Shown here in pieces: positions 1-13,149 of a DNA stretch of 64,000 nt. This DNA comes from Octopus sinensis (taxonomy: Eukaryota). Position 1 is the first letter of the stretch. Each line of letters begins with the position of its first letter. Location: contig NC_043003.1 in assembly GCF_006345805.1 (NCBI RefSeq), positions 100,750,001 to 100,814,000 of the forward strand. The letters are read 5' to 3'. The notes beneath the pieces were generated by a model. It was not told the DNA's origin. It did no database searches and saw only the letters and a list, made by a program, of their open reading frames with translations. The translations under genes and the position numbers were made by a program.

Positions 1-890
<890 letters not shown>

Positions 891-1229
891 GCATACATAT
901 ATAAGAATGGTGAATTTAGGCAGTAGTTCACATTATGTTTACATAGAAATACGGTGGTGGATTTGAATGTATTGTCTGAGTTATGGAGGTGAAAGTTCAT
1001 ATATAAAGTGCCAGCTAGTAGGTGCAACATTGTGGATGGTATGGCATGGCATAAGTAGCCTATGATGGTAAACCCATCATGGGAAGATTTGGTATATAAG
1101 AGTACTATCGGGAGTAAGGAACCAGGTGGTGACTAAAGTGTGGCGTTAGTGTTCGTTATTTTTTTGCCAATCCACAAGTCTCTGAATTCCTTTGTGTAGT
1201 GGGGTGGGGGTCATGGTCAGTCCTACAAC

Positions 1230-1650
1230 CTAATTGGTCAGCTACTTTTTTGAAAACCATGACATGGTTCTGGTTTGTTGATGGTTAACAGCTAAGACAA
1301 AAACAAAATTTCTTGATGCATTCTGATACTGTCTCCAAAGACCCAACAATAGTTGGCACTATCTTCACCTTCTTCATTTACCATAGCTGAGCTATTTTGT
1401 ACTTAAGAGGGTTGTATTTATCTATTTTTTCACCTTCCTTCTTGAATATTGATGGGTCAGAGGGGCACACAAAATCAACTATATAGCACATGTGGTGCAT
1501 CTTGTCTACCACCACAAGGTCTGGTCTATTATGCTCTAGCACCTGATCTGTTTGGATTGGGAAATCCCAGGGGATTTTGCAAATCTCTGACTCTGCCACT
1601 CTCTGCAGTTTGTGCTCATACCAATATCCAATGTAACACTTTTGTTGCCA
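1230..1650 (-). mobile_element. Dong/R4-type non-LTR retrotransposon, restriction-like endonuclease fragment
   Basis: Translation KIPWDFPIQTDQVLEHNRPDLVVVDK...YIVDFVCPSD...KEGEKIDKY..L matches the PD-(D/E)xK RLE domain of R4/Dong/NeSL elements; abuts (ATT)n at 1658-1690. Confidence 0.85.
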
Positions 1651-2194
1651 TAACTTTATTATTATTATTATTATTATCATTATTATTATTATCATCAGCA
1701 ACAGCAGTTGTAGTAGTAAGTGAGTACTGTCATTTGCTTGGATCATTGCAATGTGTAAATGATACAAATATTTTTAAGACTTTTTAATGCCCTTTAACAT
1801 TTAAACCACTCATATCAGGCCCAAATAGTCTATCTGTTTTGTGTTCAAACTGGCCAGATCCATCCTGTCACAACTAACCAAAAATGTCATCCTAAAATTA
1901 ATCTCATCCAGTGCTAATGCCATATAAAAAACACAGTCCACTCTGTAAAGTGGACAGCTTTAAGAAGAGCATAAAATCATGAAAGCCATGCTGAAACAGG
2001 CATCAGTAGTGCTTGTGTAACATAAAAACCACCCAGGCCACTCTGGTGTTAGGAAGGGCATCCAGCTATAAAAACCATGCTAAAACAGTGGAGCTTGATG
2101 CAGTCCTCTGGTTTACCAGTCCGTCAAACTGTCTAACCCTTGCCAGCATGGAAGACAGATGTTAAATGACGATAATGATGAGGATGATAATTTT

Positions 2195-2590
2195 ATTTAC
2201 TTGTTTCAGTAATTTGACTATGGCCATGCTGGAGCACTGCCTTTAGTCAAACAAATCGACCCCAGGACTTTGTAAGCCTAATACTTATTCTGATGTTCTC
2301 GTTTGCCAAACAGCTAAGTTAGGGGGACATAAACACACCAACATCGGTTGTTAAGTGATGGATGGGAGACAAACACACACATATACAAATATATACACAC
2401 ATATATATATATATAAAACAACAGGCTCCTTTCAGTTTCCGTCTACCAAATCCACTCACAAGGCTTTGGTCAGCCCGAGGCTATAGCAGAAGACACTTGC
2501 CCAAGGTGTCACACAGTGAGACTGAACTTGGAAACATGGTTGGGAAGCAAGCTTCTTACCTCACAGTCACTTCTGTGCCTAGCCACTCCT
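2195..2590 (-). mobile_element. Abundant cephalopod-type SINE (tRNA-like head, internal microsatellite, conserved 3' tail)
   Basis: Reverse complement of the same consensus as 29613-30002 (...aagtcctggggtcgatttg..tgactaaagg..gtgctccagcatggcc...actgaaacaagtaaa). Confidence 0.85.
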
Positions 2591-3974
2591 ACACCTGATG
2601 ATGATGATGATGATGATGATGTTGATGATGATAATGACCTCATCAAAATCTCAAAGCTTTGAGATAATGCATGATTTATTCGAAACAAAGTCAATAAATA
2701 AATAATACATTGGACAGAGAAATCTGAATGCTAAAGGGTTTGGCAATGACAGTTAGAAGTTCAGCAAAATAAGTAATGCAAATAGTAAAATTGAAGTTTC
2801 AGTTTTCTAAATCAAATATTTGTGATCATAAGAGCTAGTTAAGTCTATCTAAGAATTCCCATCTGTAAGGCTGTGTAGTTAAGAAGTTTCCTGTACAGCC
2901 ACATGGTACCTTCGACCTCAGTTTAAACAAAAACTCGTAAGTGGAAACTGTACAGAAGCCTGTCATATGACTGTGTGTGTGTGTGTGTTGTGTGTGTGTG
3001 TGTGTGCGTTTGTGTTTACACTCGTCTAAAAACTGATATTGTTCATGTGCCTCCATAACTTAGCAATTTGACATATAGAGATCAACAATATAAGTACCAG
3101 ACTGAAATAAGTTCCAAGGTCACTTTTGATCAACCAAATCCTTGAAGGTGATACCACAGCACCAGTAAAAAAAGGGGAAAAAAACTACTAACTTTAAAAT
3201 TAATTTAAACAACAATAATTTTTGTTCTCTTTATATAGTTTTCATCCTTTAATGATTTAAATCTATGAAGTTGTTCACTCTTTATTGTTGCATAAGAAGT
3301 TATTTTGTAACCGAAAGTCACCCTGATCAAGCAAACCTATGATTATAAGCACTTTAGCCTTGATGATCCTATCTTTTTGAGTCAATGTGTATCCCAGAAT
3401 GTATTATACTATTTTTTAAGAGAGAAAGGTGTGAGTAAATAGATATTTGGTTGCTATTTCGAGTAGGTCAAGTAACCAGAAGGGGTCTTTCTTATTGGCT
3501 CACAAGTGGATATGTTGTTGTTGAATATAGAAGTGCAAATTTAAAAAAGGTAAGGAAAAAGACAAATAATTGTTGGTTTGAATTCTAATTACAATTTCCG
3601 TAGTGTTAATAAGAAACAAGACAATTTCACAATTTAATTCTTACTATCATAGTTGCATGTCTCTATTTTAGACTGATTACTGTTTGAAACTTATGGGTTT
3701 CATTTACTGTGCTCATTCTAAATTAGAACACATTAAAATTTTCTCAGACTTTCTGCCTTCCTTATTTTCCGTTTGTATTTTCCTTCCAACTTAAAACTAA
3801 ATTGCAAAAGTTCAAACAGAACACCAACCCAAATAACCTCATATTATCAAACCAATTAAGAAACCAATAAAAGGTTGTTCAACCTGCTAAAAAAAAAAAA
3901 AAGTCAAACCTTTCTCAAAAAATATCCTACCATCTTTTTTTTTTAAGGAAAAAAGTAAACCACATTGAATACTA

Positions 3975-5233
3975 TCAGGTTGAGTTAAAAGCAAGCAACA
4001 TTTTGAACCATGAAGAATTTGTACTGAATTTTTGCAGAGTTTTGAATTTTCTTAAACATTTTTTTGCAATTGTCTGATAATATAGACATAAACTTGCCCT
4101 TATGCATCAATAAATTAACATTGATATTTGTTTCATTGTTGCTACAATCATCTGAAATGGTACTGTCAAAGTGCAATATTTAAGCAATATTACTATTGAA
4201 CTAAAAAGGACATAAAGCAGCTGAAACTGCTTGCGATATCAACGAAATGTTTGGTGAGTGAATAGTCACCTTGAAAATGATTTAAACGATTTCACAGTGG
4301 AGACCTGAGCCTTGAAGCTCATGAGCATAGTGGATGCCCAACTGTTGTCGGTGACAGTCAATTGAAGACAGTCATTGAGAAAGATCCATGCAAAAGCACT
4401 CGAGAACTAGCAAAAGAACTTCAAGTTAGCCAGCAAACTGCCTGAAACAATTAGCATGTGATTGGAAAATCAAAAAAGCTCAACAAATGGGTACCACATG
4501 ATTTGATTGAAAATCAGAAAATGCACAGATATGAAATTTGCTCGTTGCTTCTTCTACATAACCAGACCGATCAATTTCTCGACTGTATTGTAACTTGCAA
4601 TGAAAAGTGGATTCTGTACAATAATAAAAATCATTCTTCGCAGTGGTTGGAACAAAATAGAGCACCGAAAACCTTCCCTAAACCCGAGCTCTTCAAAAAG
4701 AAGGTTATGGTGACTGTTTGGTGGTGTACTGCTGGACTCATCCACTATAACTTCTTAAAACCTGGTAAAACCATTGCTGCAGAAATATTGCCATGAAATT
4801 GCCAAAATGAATGAAAAACTGCAACTCCTCTGTCCCATACTGGTCAACAGAAGAGGGTCAATCATTCTTCATGACAATACTCAACCACATGTTTCACTAA
4901 TGATGCTCCAGAAGTTGAGAAAACATGGCTACGAAGTTCTTCCCCATCCAGCTTATTCCCCAGACCTTTCTCCTACTGACTACCACTTTTTCAAACACTT
5001 TGAAGGTTTCCTGAGAGAGAAGTAGTTCAAAAATCAAACCAATGCTGAAAGTGCGTTCAAAGAGTTCATCAGCTCCAGAACTCCAGATTTATATGTCAAC
5101 GGAATAAACAAACTTGTAACTAATGTGTTGATTGTAATGGTACTGACTTTGATGAATAAAATTTCCACATTGTTGAAATATATTGTGATGAATTTCATAT
5201 TTCAAAACATTGCTTACATTTTACTCAGGCTGG
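3975..5233 (+). mobile_element. Full-length decayed mariner, cecropia/Hsmar1-like
   Basis: TA-flanked imperfect TIRs (tcaggttgagttaaaagcaagcaacattttgaa / rc ccagcctgagtaaaatgtaagcaatgttttgaa); WVPHDL, TCNEKW, HDNTQPH and YSPDLSPTDY motifs; frameshifted. Confidence 0.9.
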
Positions 5234-6089
5234 TATAATCCTAGATACACTATATCTGGGGAAAATGATGGTCAATAACATAAAAAGATACTGTAATAAG
5301 TACAGTATGACAAGTTTAATGTTTGAAACAAGAGAACTTCTGTGATTGAAGTGGTTCTAGAACAGGAGCTAATCTATTTTATTCAAAATTTAATGTAAAC
5401 CTTTCAAACTTGGGGTTATCACCTCAAGTTTAATTTTTATGCAATGTAGCAAGGAGTCTTTCTGGCAGAGGTAATCTGTCCTCAGGTTCAGTGAAGTAAA
5501 ACATCTAAACTAGGAAATGAACTTGCATAACAGATCTACCACTTTATAGTATGCATACCGAATAGTTTCAGTAAGAGAATATTTTATTAATCCTGAAACA
5601 GAAAATGGAATAAAATTAAGTGTCATTCAGCCAACCAACTTTGTGAAATAATACACTTCCTTAAGGCTATGTAGCTACCACTAAGTAAACAACTAAGATT
5701 TCACATCTAAGTATTCAATGCACAGGTAATGAAAAAAGGAAATTAAACGAAAATATGCAACACATCATTTGATTCTAAACTAGAAAGAAGCTTTTAATTG
5801 ATTGCCATTTCTATGTTGGATATCAAATAGATAGAGTTAATAGAGGAAATGAAGCTGCGAAATTTACCATTTATTAGAATACTAGATACATAATATTTTA
5901 TTGGCTTCTATAATTCAAGATTCCATACACAACTGAATTGCTTTTGTCTACCTCAAAGCAAATGTTATAGAGTAAGAGAATATATCTTGGTAAACCAGAT
6001 TTGTGGTGCCAGTTCAATTCCAGATTGAAGGTACATTGCAACCTACATTGTCTCACTTTCAATTAATACATATGCTCTGTAGTATGGTA

Positions 6090-6495
6090 TTTTAGGATTC
6101 TTGAATAGTTAGAAAACAAACTTATTTTTAATTAACAAATTCAGAGGCAGTAATCTGTTTTTTCAAGGGTACTAGAAGCATATTGCCAGATTTCAAGAAA
6201 ATCTGTGGCGAGTTGTGTGATAAGAATTTCAAAATCAAGCATCCATTGCATTTTGAAGTGCCATCCATGTTCTCAGTAAACATGATCAGGATCAAAGAGT
6301 GAATTTTTGTGAGTAGTACTTGTGTAAAAGAAGAACACTTTCCAGCATAGATTGTTTGGAGTGAGGCAGTTACATTTAAATCAAATGACTCGGTTAACTT
6401 CTGCAATTGCACCTACTGGGAACATGAGAATCAACATATTACAGAGGAGCATCATATCAATTTACCAGAAGTAACAGTATGGTGTGGCCAGCAGG
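6090..6495 (+). mobile_element. Tc1/mariner-superfamily transposase fragment (IVWSDE..NC.YW..ENP type)
   Basis: Manual translation [46 protein letters not shown] with stops upstream. Confidence 0.6.
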
Positions 6496-6712
6496 AGGAG
6501 ATATGGAATGAGGAGGTGGTAGTGGTGGTGGTGGTGGTGGTGATGATGAACTGAATGATGGCAATGAGAGTTAGAGTTAATATCCAACAATAGTGATAAC
6601 AATGACAATGAAGACTATTATGACAGATTTTCAGTGGGAAAGGTGGTGATGGTTTATCTTTTTCACTGAGATCAAGGCCAGTTTAAGAGAAAAACACACA
6701 CACACACACACA

Positions 6713-6746
<34 letters not shown>

Positions 6747-6850
6747 ATATCAAATTTTTTGTTTGAGATAAATTTAATATTACAGAGATGTACTTGCATA
6801 GCAAGTGATTTGATCTGAGATCGTGTGCTGGAACGAAAACAATTGCAGTG

Positions 6851-7126
6851 TGGAAGGTGTTTATAAGCCATTTAAGAAACACACAAAAGCCGTTCGATTC
6901 ACTTCAACATTTAAGTTTAATTTGTCGAAATATTTTCAGCGCTATAAGACCGCGACCTGTTCACTGACAAAAATCCATGCAGCATCTCTTTCGGCAGCAC
7001 GGATTTTTGTCAGTGAACAGGTCGCGGTCTTATAGCGATGAAAATACTTTGACAAATTAAACTTAAATGTTGAAGTGAATCGAACGGCTTTTGTGTGTTT
7101 CTTAAATGGCTTACAAACACCTTCCA
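6851..7126. repeat. 276-bp foldback (133-bp inverted arms, 10-bp loop), MITE-like
   Basis: Arms 6851-6983 and 6994-7126 differ at 6 positions by manual alignment; the ORF track shows mirrored peptides on both strands. Confidence 0.93.
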
Positions 7127-7501
7127 TAAATTTAATAATATCACACAAACTTTCAGACTTTGAAATATCAAATAAAAATATATCAAAATACTGTTATTCT
7201 TATATGATACGCTGTATTTATTTATATGCCTTCACCTGTTATTTTTAAAATATTTAAAACTTAAAACTGACATTTGATTAGTCATGGTACAAAGTTTGCT
7301 TTTATATATTACAAAGAAGCTCTAGAAAGAATTCAGAATACCTTGAAATATCAAAGAATGTCAAACAAATGAAAGATGATGTAATTGGAAGATGACATGT
7401 AAAAACAGTTTTAAAAACTCTCCATCATGGAAAAACAGAAGTGTAAAAGTGATTTAATAAAAAAGTATAAGAAGTTGTTTAATACAGTTTGTGGCTTTTA
7501 C

Positions 7502-7577
7502 CTTGAGCTTTTTGTTTAGTTTACAGCAGTACCGGTAGAGCATTCCAAGGTTTAAAGGACCAAAGTCCATATAAAAA
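7502..7577 (-). CDS. CDC14: Dual-specificity phosphatase CDC14, internal exon (76 nt): (N)[25 protein letters not shown]
   Basis: Pyrimidine tract + CAG acceptor, GTAAAA donor; peptide nearly identical to CDC14[26 protein letters not shown]; phase 2 continues the exon at 32758-32848. Confidence 0.96.
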
Positions 7578-8435
7578 CTGTTGAAAAACAAAGAAAGAAA
7601 ATGAAAATTAAATCATAAGGCAACACACCTCACAAATCAGCAGACAAGTAATAAGTTATTAAACAAAGTAGTTTGCTGTAACAAAACTTAATGTGTGTGT
7701 GCATGTGCACTCAGTATATATAAATATTCAGACATTCCAGTAGAAACACCCCTCTATCTAGACATGGCTATATATAATAACAGGGATGAGGTTATTTCCT
7801 ACAAGGCACAAACTTATCTTTCAAGATAAATTTCTGTGGGGATGCTTGTATCTTCAACTCTTAAAGGAATCATTTTGACCAAGAGTGAAAATAAATTCTA
7901 TAGCATGTTCAACACCAACAAAGACTAAAAAGGAATAAAATGGTGTAATCTTCTCTTCAGGGAAATGAAGAAATAAAACTCGTCAATAAGACATTTGAAC
8001 AGAATATGATGGAAATGTAAAGTGATGAACTGAACGCTATTAAGTTTTTTAAAAAAAAAACGTTAGAGGATATAACGTCAAAGGTAGCCGATAAAAAGAG
8101 GAAGGGTAAAGGAAAGAAAAACCAAATAAATGAGAAGTATATAACGATATGTAAATGAAATAAAACCTTAAAGTCTTGGAAAAAGATATATCTAATGAAT
8201 GTGAAATGTAAGAAGAAAATTAATGTTTAAATTATATATAATGATAGATATCACTTATATGAACTAAAGGTGTGTTTCTGCCAATGTTTACATTGGTATG
8301 CATGCTCTATAACCGTGTTTACAGTACATAAGGGATCAAATTGAGAGAATCAACCAAGCTAAATTAATTGTTTATAATGGTCTCTTAGATACCAAATTAA
8401 TTTACTAAACCCTGTACTGTTGCATTTATTCATAT

Positions 8436-8485
<50 letters not shown>

Positions 8486-8491
8486 TGGAGA

Positions 8492-8815
8492 AGGATTTTC
8501 CATGAGATTGAGTATGGAATCCCATAGTCTCTTACTTGCCAGCCATGGCTGGTCAGTGATGTTATGTATTTCCTTTCTCGAACTCTGAAGGAGGACTTGT
8601 GGTTGGAGAGATGCTGCTTGAAAGATTTCCTGAAACAACCAATGTATCTCTGTGGGCATGTGCTGTCAGTGCTGTACCTGCTGGTGTTGCTGTTGTTGTT
8701 GTTGTTGTTGTTGCTGCTGCAGCCGACATTGTTGTTGTTGGAGCTGAGACTATTGGTGTTGGCATCACTGGTGGTGGTGGTGGTATTGCCATTGCTGGTT
8801 ATGGTTAAGGCACTG
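8492..8815 (-). mobile_element. Inverted partial copy of the Penelope GIY-YIG 3' region (inverted pseudo-LTR)
   Basis: RYIGCFRKSFKQHLSNHKSSFR...ITSLTSHGWQVRDYGIPYSISWKIL; roughly 80% identical by eye to the reverse complement of 9664-9959. Confidence 0.8.
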
Positions 8816-8859
8816 CCATCCACCCATCATGTTCAAAAACCAGGTTGAGGGTGTTAGTA

Positions 8860-10130
8860 AGAGGATTATGAACCTTCCTCCAACCAAGAGATTTTCAACG
8901 CAGCTGCCCCATATTATAATGAGGCCCTAGCTGCCAGCAGATTTATGGACTGCATTTCCCACATGCCAGAACCCAACAATTGCAGAAGGAAGCACCACAG
9001 AAATACCATTTGGCTCCCCCTATCTCTCTTAACACAAAAAACTCCTGTAGGTAGAATATTCCTTAAATTAATAGTAAACATTTCACTAGCTCCCATAGGT
9101 ATGGGCCCATTTTCAACGGGCACAACATTAGAGTCTCATTTAGCAGTTACCCCAATATTAAGAGCATCCTAGTTAGTGCCCCTAAGCCACAGGAAGAGGC
9201 AGGATGTTCATGCAGGGACCACAACAGATACCCAGTAGGAGACCAATGTGAAACCAAAGGGGTTGTCTATCAAGCTGAAGTACTAGCAAACCTTGGCAAT
9301 ACCACCGGCAGAATAAGAAGCAGCCGTAGACACGAGAACAGAACCAGCAACACCACCACCATTGACACAGTTAACAACATTAGCATCAATAGCAATAACA
9401 GCACCAGCGGCAGTATTGGCAGTTTCCCTGACGGCAACAACACTAACAACAGCAGTGGCATCGCCATCAGCTTCCCTAACATCTACAGTAGCAGACATGA
9501 CAACCCCTAAAGCAGCAGCAATAGGTCCAGTGCCACCTACCAGCTATAACAGTAATAACAGCAGCAGCAGTGACAGTGGTTCTAGCAAAAACACAGTTAA
9601 TGACACCTCTAGCAGTAATGGTAGTCTCCCACTAATGACCGAGACCACAATTATAACAACAACAGTGCCTTGACCATAAACAGCAGTGGCAATACCATTA
9701 CCGATGCCATCACCACCACCACCAGCAGTTCCAGTTCCAACAACAACAATGTCAGCGGCAGCAGCAATATCAACAACACCAGCAAGTACAGCACTGACAA
9801 CACACGCCTACATTAGATGTTCCAGGAACTCTTCCAAGCAATGTCTCTCTAACCACTGGTCCCCCTTCAGAGTTCTGGAAAGGAGATATATAACATCACT
9901 GGCCAACCACATCTGGCAAGTAAGAGACTAAGGGATAAAATGATCTCATGGAAAATCCTCGAGAACCGAGGCTCCTACATCAACGGGACTAAGCATTGCA
10001 AGTTATGCATAGCTGAATGCGCAAGAATCCTAAAAGATTAGCTCAAACCAGGGAACATTCTTAACTCTAGAACAGAGATTTTCAGGCCATGTTTACATTT
10101 CAGGTGGTTCCTGCTAGCCTTTTGGAGCCT
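8860..10130 (+). mobile_element. 5'-truncated Penelope-like element (RT thumb/linker + GIY-YIG endonuclease), decayed
   Basis: Pieces NQEIFNAAAPYYNEALAAS, RNTIW, HNIRVSFSSYPNIKSIL, CSCRD...VYQAEV, YI..SRNSSKQCLSNH, NGTKHCKLC occur in the order typical of PLE ORFs. Confidence 0.85.
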
Positions 10131-10240
10131 ACAAGATGGCAGCACAGACAGACGTCAATAGCCAATAGCAAAGGGAGATAATCCCCAGTTGTTATCTTTG
10201 AGTAATAAGGCATTTCCTCCTCCATATTTTTAAGAGGTCA

Positions 10241-10337
10241 TGGGGCAACAGGTTTTTGGGATCTTGACGATACGCCATGAAGTTAAACCCTTTATGGACG
10301 GGAAACCTAAGGTAATCCTATAAACTGGCCTTCCCCA
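10241..10337 (+). ncRNA. Degenerate type I hammerhead ribozyme candidate downstream of the Penelope endonuclease
   Basis: GGAT-CTTGACGA-stem II (cgccatgaag/ctttatggacg)-GAAAC-C-taa-G-GTA-ATCC, with extendable stem I (tgggg..ggtttttgggat / atcctataaact..cccca). The core has one extra T compared with CUGANGA. Confidence 0.55.
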
Positions 10338-10403
10338 TTTTTAATATATACTGCTCTACATCTCAGTGTGCTTCTTTCTTCTTTTGGATTTGTTTTCTAC
10401 AAA

Positions 10404-10432
<29 letters not shown>

Positions 10433-10438
<6 letters not shown>

Positions 10439-10912
10439 TAAATGAAAGAATGGAGTCGAACGAAGATGTTAACAAAATTCCTTTACTCTCGACACATGTT
10501 TCGAAGATAGCATATTTTCATTCCGAAGGAATAAAGGGTGCATTATGCAATCTTCTCATCAAGAAAGAAAAGGAGCCTCTCTCAACAACAAGACAACCAA
10601 AAATTTCGATGATTGCCTACATGGTAACCAAAGCGATAATGAGTGTTTTTTGTGACACATTTGTGACGTCAATGCTTATAACGATTTTAAAAAAAAAACA
10701 TTCATTATCGCTTTGGTTACTATGTAGGCAATCATCGAAATTTTTGGTTGTCTTGTTGTTGAGAGAGGCTCCTTCTCTTTCCAGATGAGAAAATTGTATA
10801 ATGCACCCTTTATTCCTTCGGAATGAAAATATGCTGTCTTCGAAACATGTGTCGAGAGTAAAGGAATTTTGTTAACATCTTCGTTTGACTCCATTCTATC
10901 ATTTATTCATAT
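10433..10912. repeat. 480-bp foldback element (~219-bp arms, ~41-bp spacer) adjoining (TA)n
   Basis: Arms 10433-10651 and 10693-10912 show about 10 mismatches by manual alignment; mirrored ORFs MESNEDVNKIP... on both strands. Confidence 0.93.
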
Positions 10913-11062
10913 TCAACACACAAATTTCTACACATGAACCCAGAGTTTCTACCCTTGACAGGTCGCTTCAACCGTGTTTTCTGACGTGAATTTGCTACCC
11001 AGTTTTCGGTTAAACAAATTTTCCATGCTGACGATAAACATAGGATAATTCATTCACCTACT

Positions 11063-11111
<49 letters not shown>

Positions 11112-11339
11112 CCCACATACACAGGCATGCATACACAATATGCATACATATGCAAACATACTGAATTATCTCTAGTAAATGGACACTCAGCTGATTGACA
11201 TCCAATAACTAACAGGCACACTCCAGCTCCTCACCCACAGATATGCTGTCTCCTATCTTTGTCTCTTCTATCACAACTATAATGGCCTTTGCTCCTTCGA
11301 TCTGACTGGTCTATCCATCTCCATGCATATCAATCAATA

Positions 11340-11790
11340 TTTATTATTCAAAATCCAACAAAGAAATATGAATGATAGGGGGAAATGGAGTATAGTCAGT
11401 TGCTGCCAGACATAGTTTATTAAGGCTATCCACTCATTTCCATCTTCAGTCACTAGAAGTATTTCACTGAGCGATATCCTGCATTCTGCATGAATCATAT
11501 GGTGGTAGGTCATTCTTGGCCATTTCCTCTTGCACTTGCCACCTCATAGGCTATTAAGTAGCAGGCACTGTTGATAGCATTCACTGAGTGGGTGTCACAG
11601 TTGGTGACCAGTCCATCTCAGCCAGCGTTCCTTATCCTTGTGTTCATTTGCCTTTCATCAGCCATTTAGTACAATATATCATTGGAAATGTGATCATTAT
11701 AGGATATATTTTCCCTTAAGTTTCTAGTGTGAAAATTGTTCACCATGGCCCTTTGTCAGTTCGTATTTGTTACCTGTGTCTAGCATCCAT
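11340..11790 (-). mobile_element. RTE-clade LINE 3' end remnant
   Basis: Degenerate ISNDILY..RIR...GKCKRKWPRMTY, resembling the RTE C-terminus (GKRKRGRPRTTW). Confidence 0.45.
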
Positions 11791-11829
11791 ATGTAATAAT
11801 TGTTGAGTTGATATCAAACAACCAGAGGT

Positions 11830-12130
11830 GTTAAAGATATGACATTGCTCCACATGCCACTCTCCTTCTGTCTATGATATCAATGTTTTAGTTGTGAGAG
11901 AGATCAGTTACAATCGATCCAAGGTAAGTAAATGACCAGTAGAATGGAAATGGTGTGAGACTGGAGTGTCATTGCCGAGTCTGATGTCTCGAAGGTGCTC
12001 CATGAACTGGTCAGCCAAGCAGCATCCCATTCAACCAATGTAGGGCAGAGAAAGGCAGAAAGACGAGGAAATGCAATAAATGACGTTGCTAGAAGTGCAG
12101 GTATAGGGGCTGGTGATATTATAGGGATGA
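11830..12130 (-). mobile_element. Penelope-like GIY-YIG fragment (second PLE type)
   Basis: YTCTSSNVIYCISSSFCLSLPYIG*MG..LADQFMEHLRDIRLGNDTPVSHHFHSTGH. Confidence 0.75.
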
Positions 12131-12544
12131 AGATGGGTGCCTGTGAGGATGGGTGCTGTGAGGATGGGTGCTGTGAGGATGTATATATATATATATATTA
12201 TATATATATATATGTAGGAATATACGTATGTGTGTGTGTGTGTGTGTGTGTTTTTACCCCCACCATCACTTGACAACCAATGTTTCTGTGTTTACATCCC
12301 TGTAACTTAGCCATTTGGCAAAACACACTGATAGAATAAGTACTATGCTTACAAAGAATAAATCCTGGGGTCAATTTCTTTGACTAAAGGTGGTGCTCCA
12401 GCATGGCTGCAGTCACGTGACTGAAACAAGTAAAACAATAAAAAGTATGCCATTTTAATCCTGAGCAATGCTAGGTATCTTTGCTAGTTTATATATGCAA
12501 ATACATATATACATATGAAAACACACACACACAAATATATACAT

Positions 12545-12585
<41 letters not shown>

Positions 12586-12594
12586 TAAATACAT

Positions 12595-12950
12595 ATTCTT
12601 TTATTCTTTTACTTGTTCAATTATTTCAGCTATGTTGGAGTAGTGCCTTTTAGTCAAAGAAATCAACCCCAGAACTTATTTGTTGGAAACCTAGTAATTA
12701 TTATATCAGTCTCTTTTGCCAAAGTGAGAAGTTACAGGGACATAAACACACAAATATCGGTTGCCAAGTGATGGTGGGGGACAACCACAGACGCAAAGAC
12801 AGACACACACACACACATATACAACAGGCTTCTTTCAGTTTCCATCAACCACAAGGTTTTGGTTGACTCATGGCTATAGTAGAAGACTGACCCTGAAACC
12901 ATGTGATTGGGAAGTCAGCTTCTTACCACACAGCTACGCCAGCACCTCTT
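12595..12950 (-). mobile_element. SINE, same family as 29613-30002 (a + strand 3' half also lies at ~12250-12445)
   Basis: Matches the SINE consensus blocks. Confidence 0.75.
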
Positions 12951-13149
12951 TTGTAGACTTGTGTGTTTCAAATGGAACGTAGCCTTATGGAAAAGAAAAT
13001 GGTCAGAGAGATAACGGGTGTTATGAAAGGAACATGTAATGTTAAAGTCCTTAATATCTCATTTCTTAGTGATAACATAGTCTATGAGATGCCTATCCTT
13101 AGATCTAGGATGCATCCAGGTTGTCTTGCAACAATTTTACTTCTGAAAA

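Noticed and set aside
5540-5592. Minus-strand exon-like segment LIKYSLTETIRYAYYKV, faintly like HACD/PTPLA (TEIIRYSFY)
   Set aside because: Only 53 nt, the conserved Trp is absent, no partner exons were found, and it is not the expected next CDC14 exon.
6823-7148. Matching ORFs on both strands (also 10450-10894)
   Set aside because: By-product of the DNA palindromes, not duplicated genes.
8564-9931. Mucin-like or poly-Ala/Thr/Leu ORFs in several frames
   Set aside because: Alternative frames of the low-complexity insert in the Penelope element.
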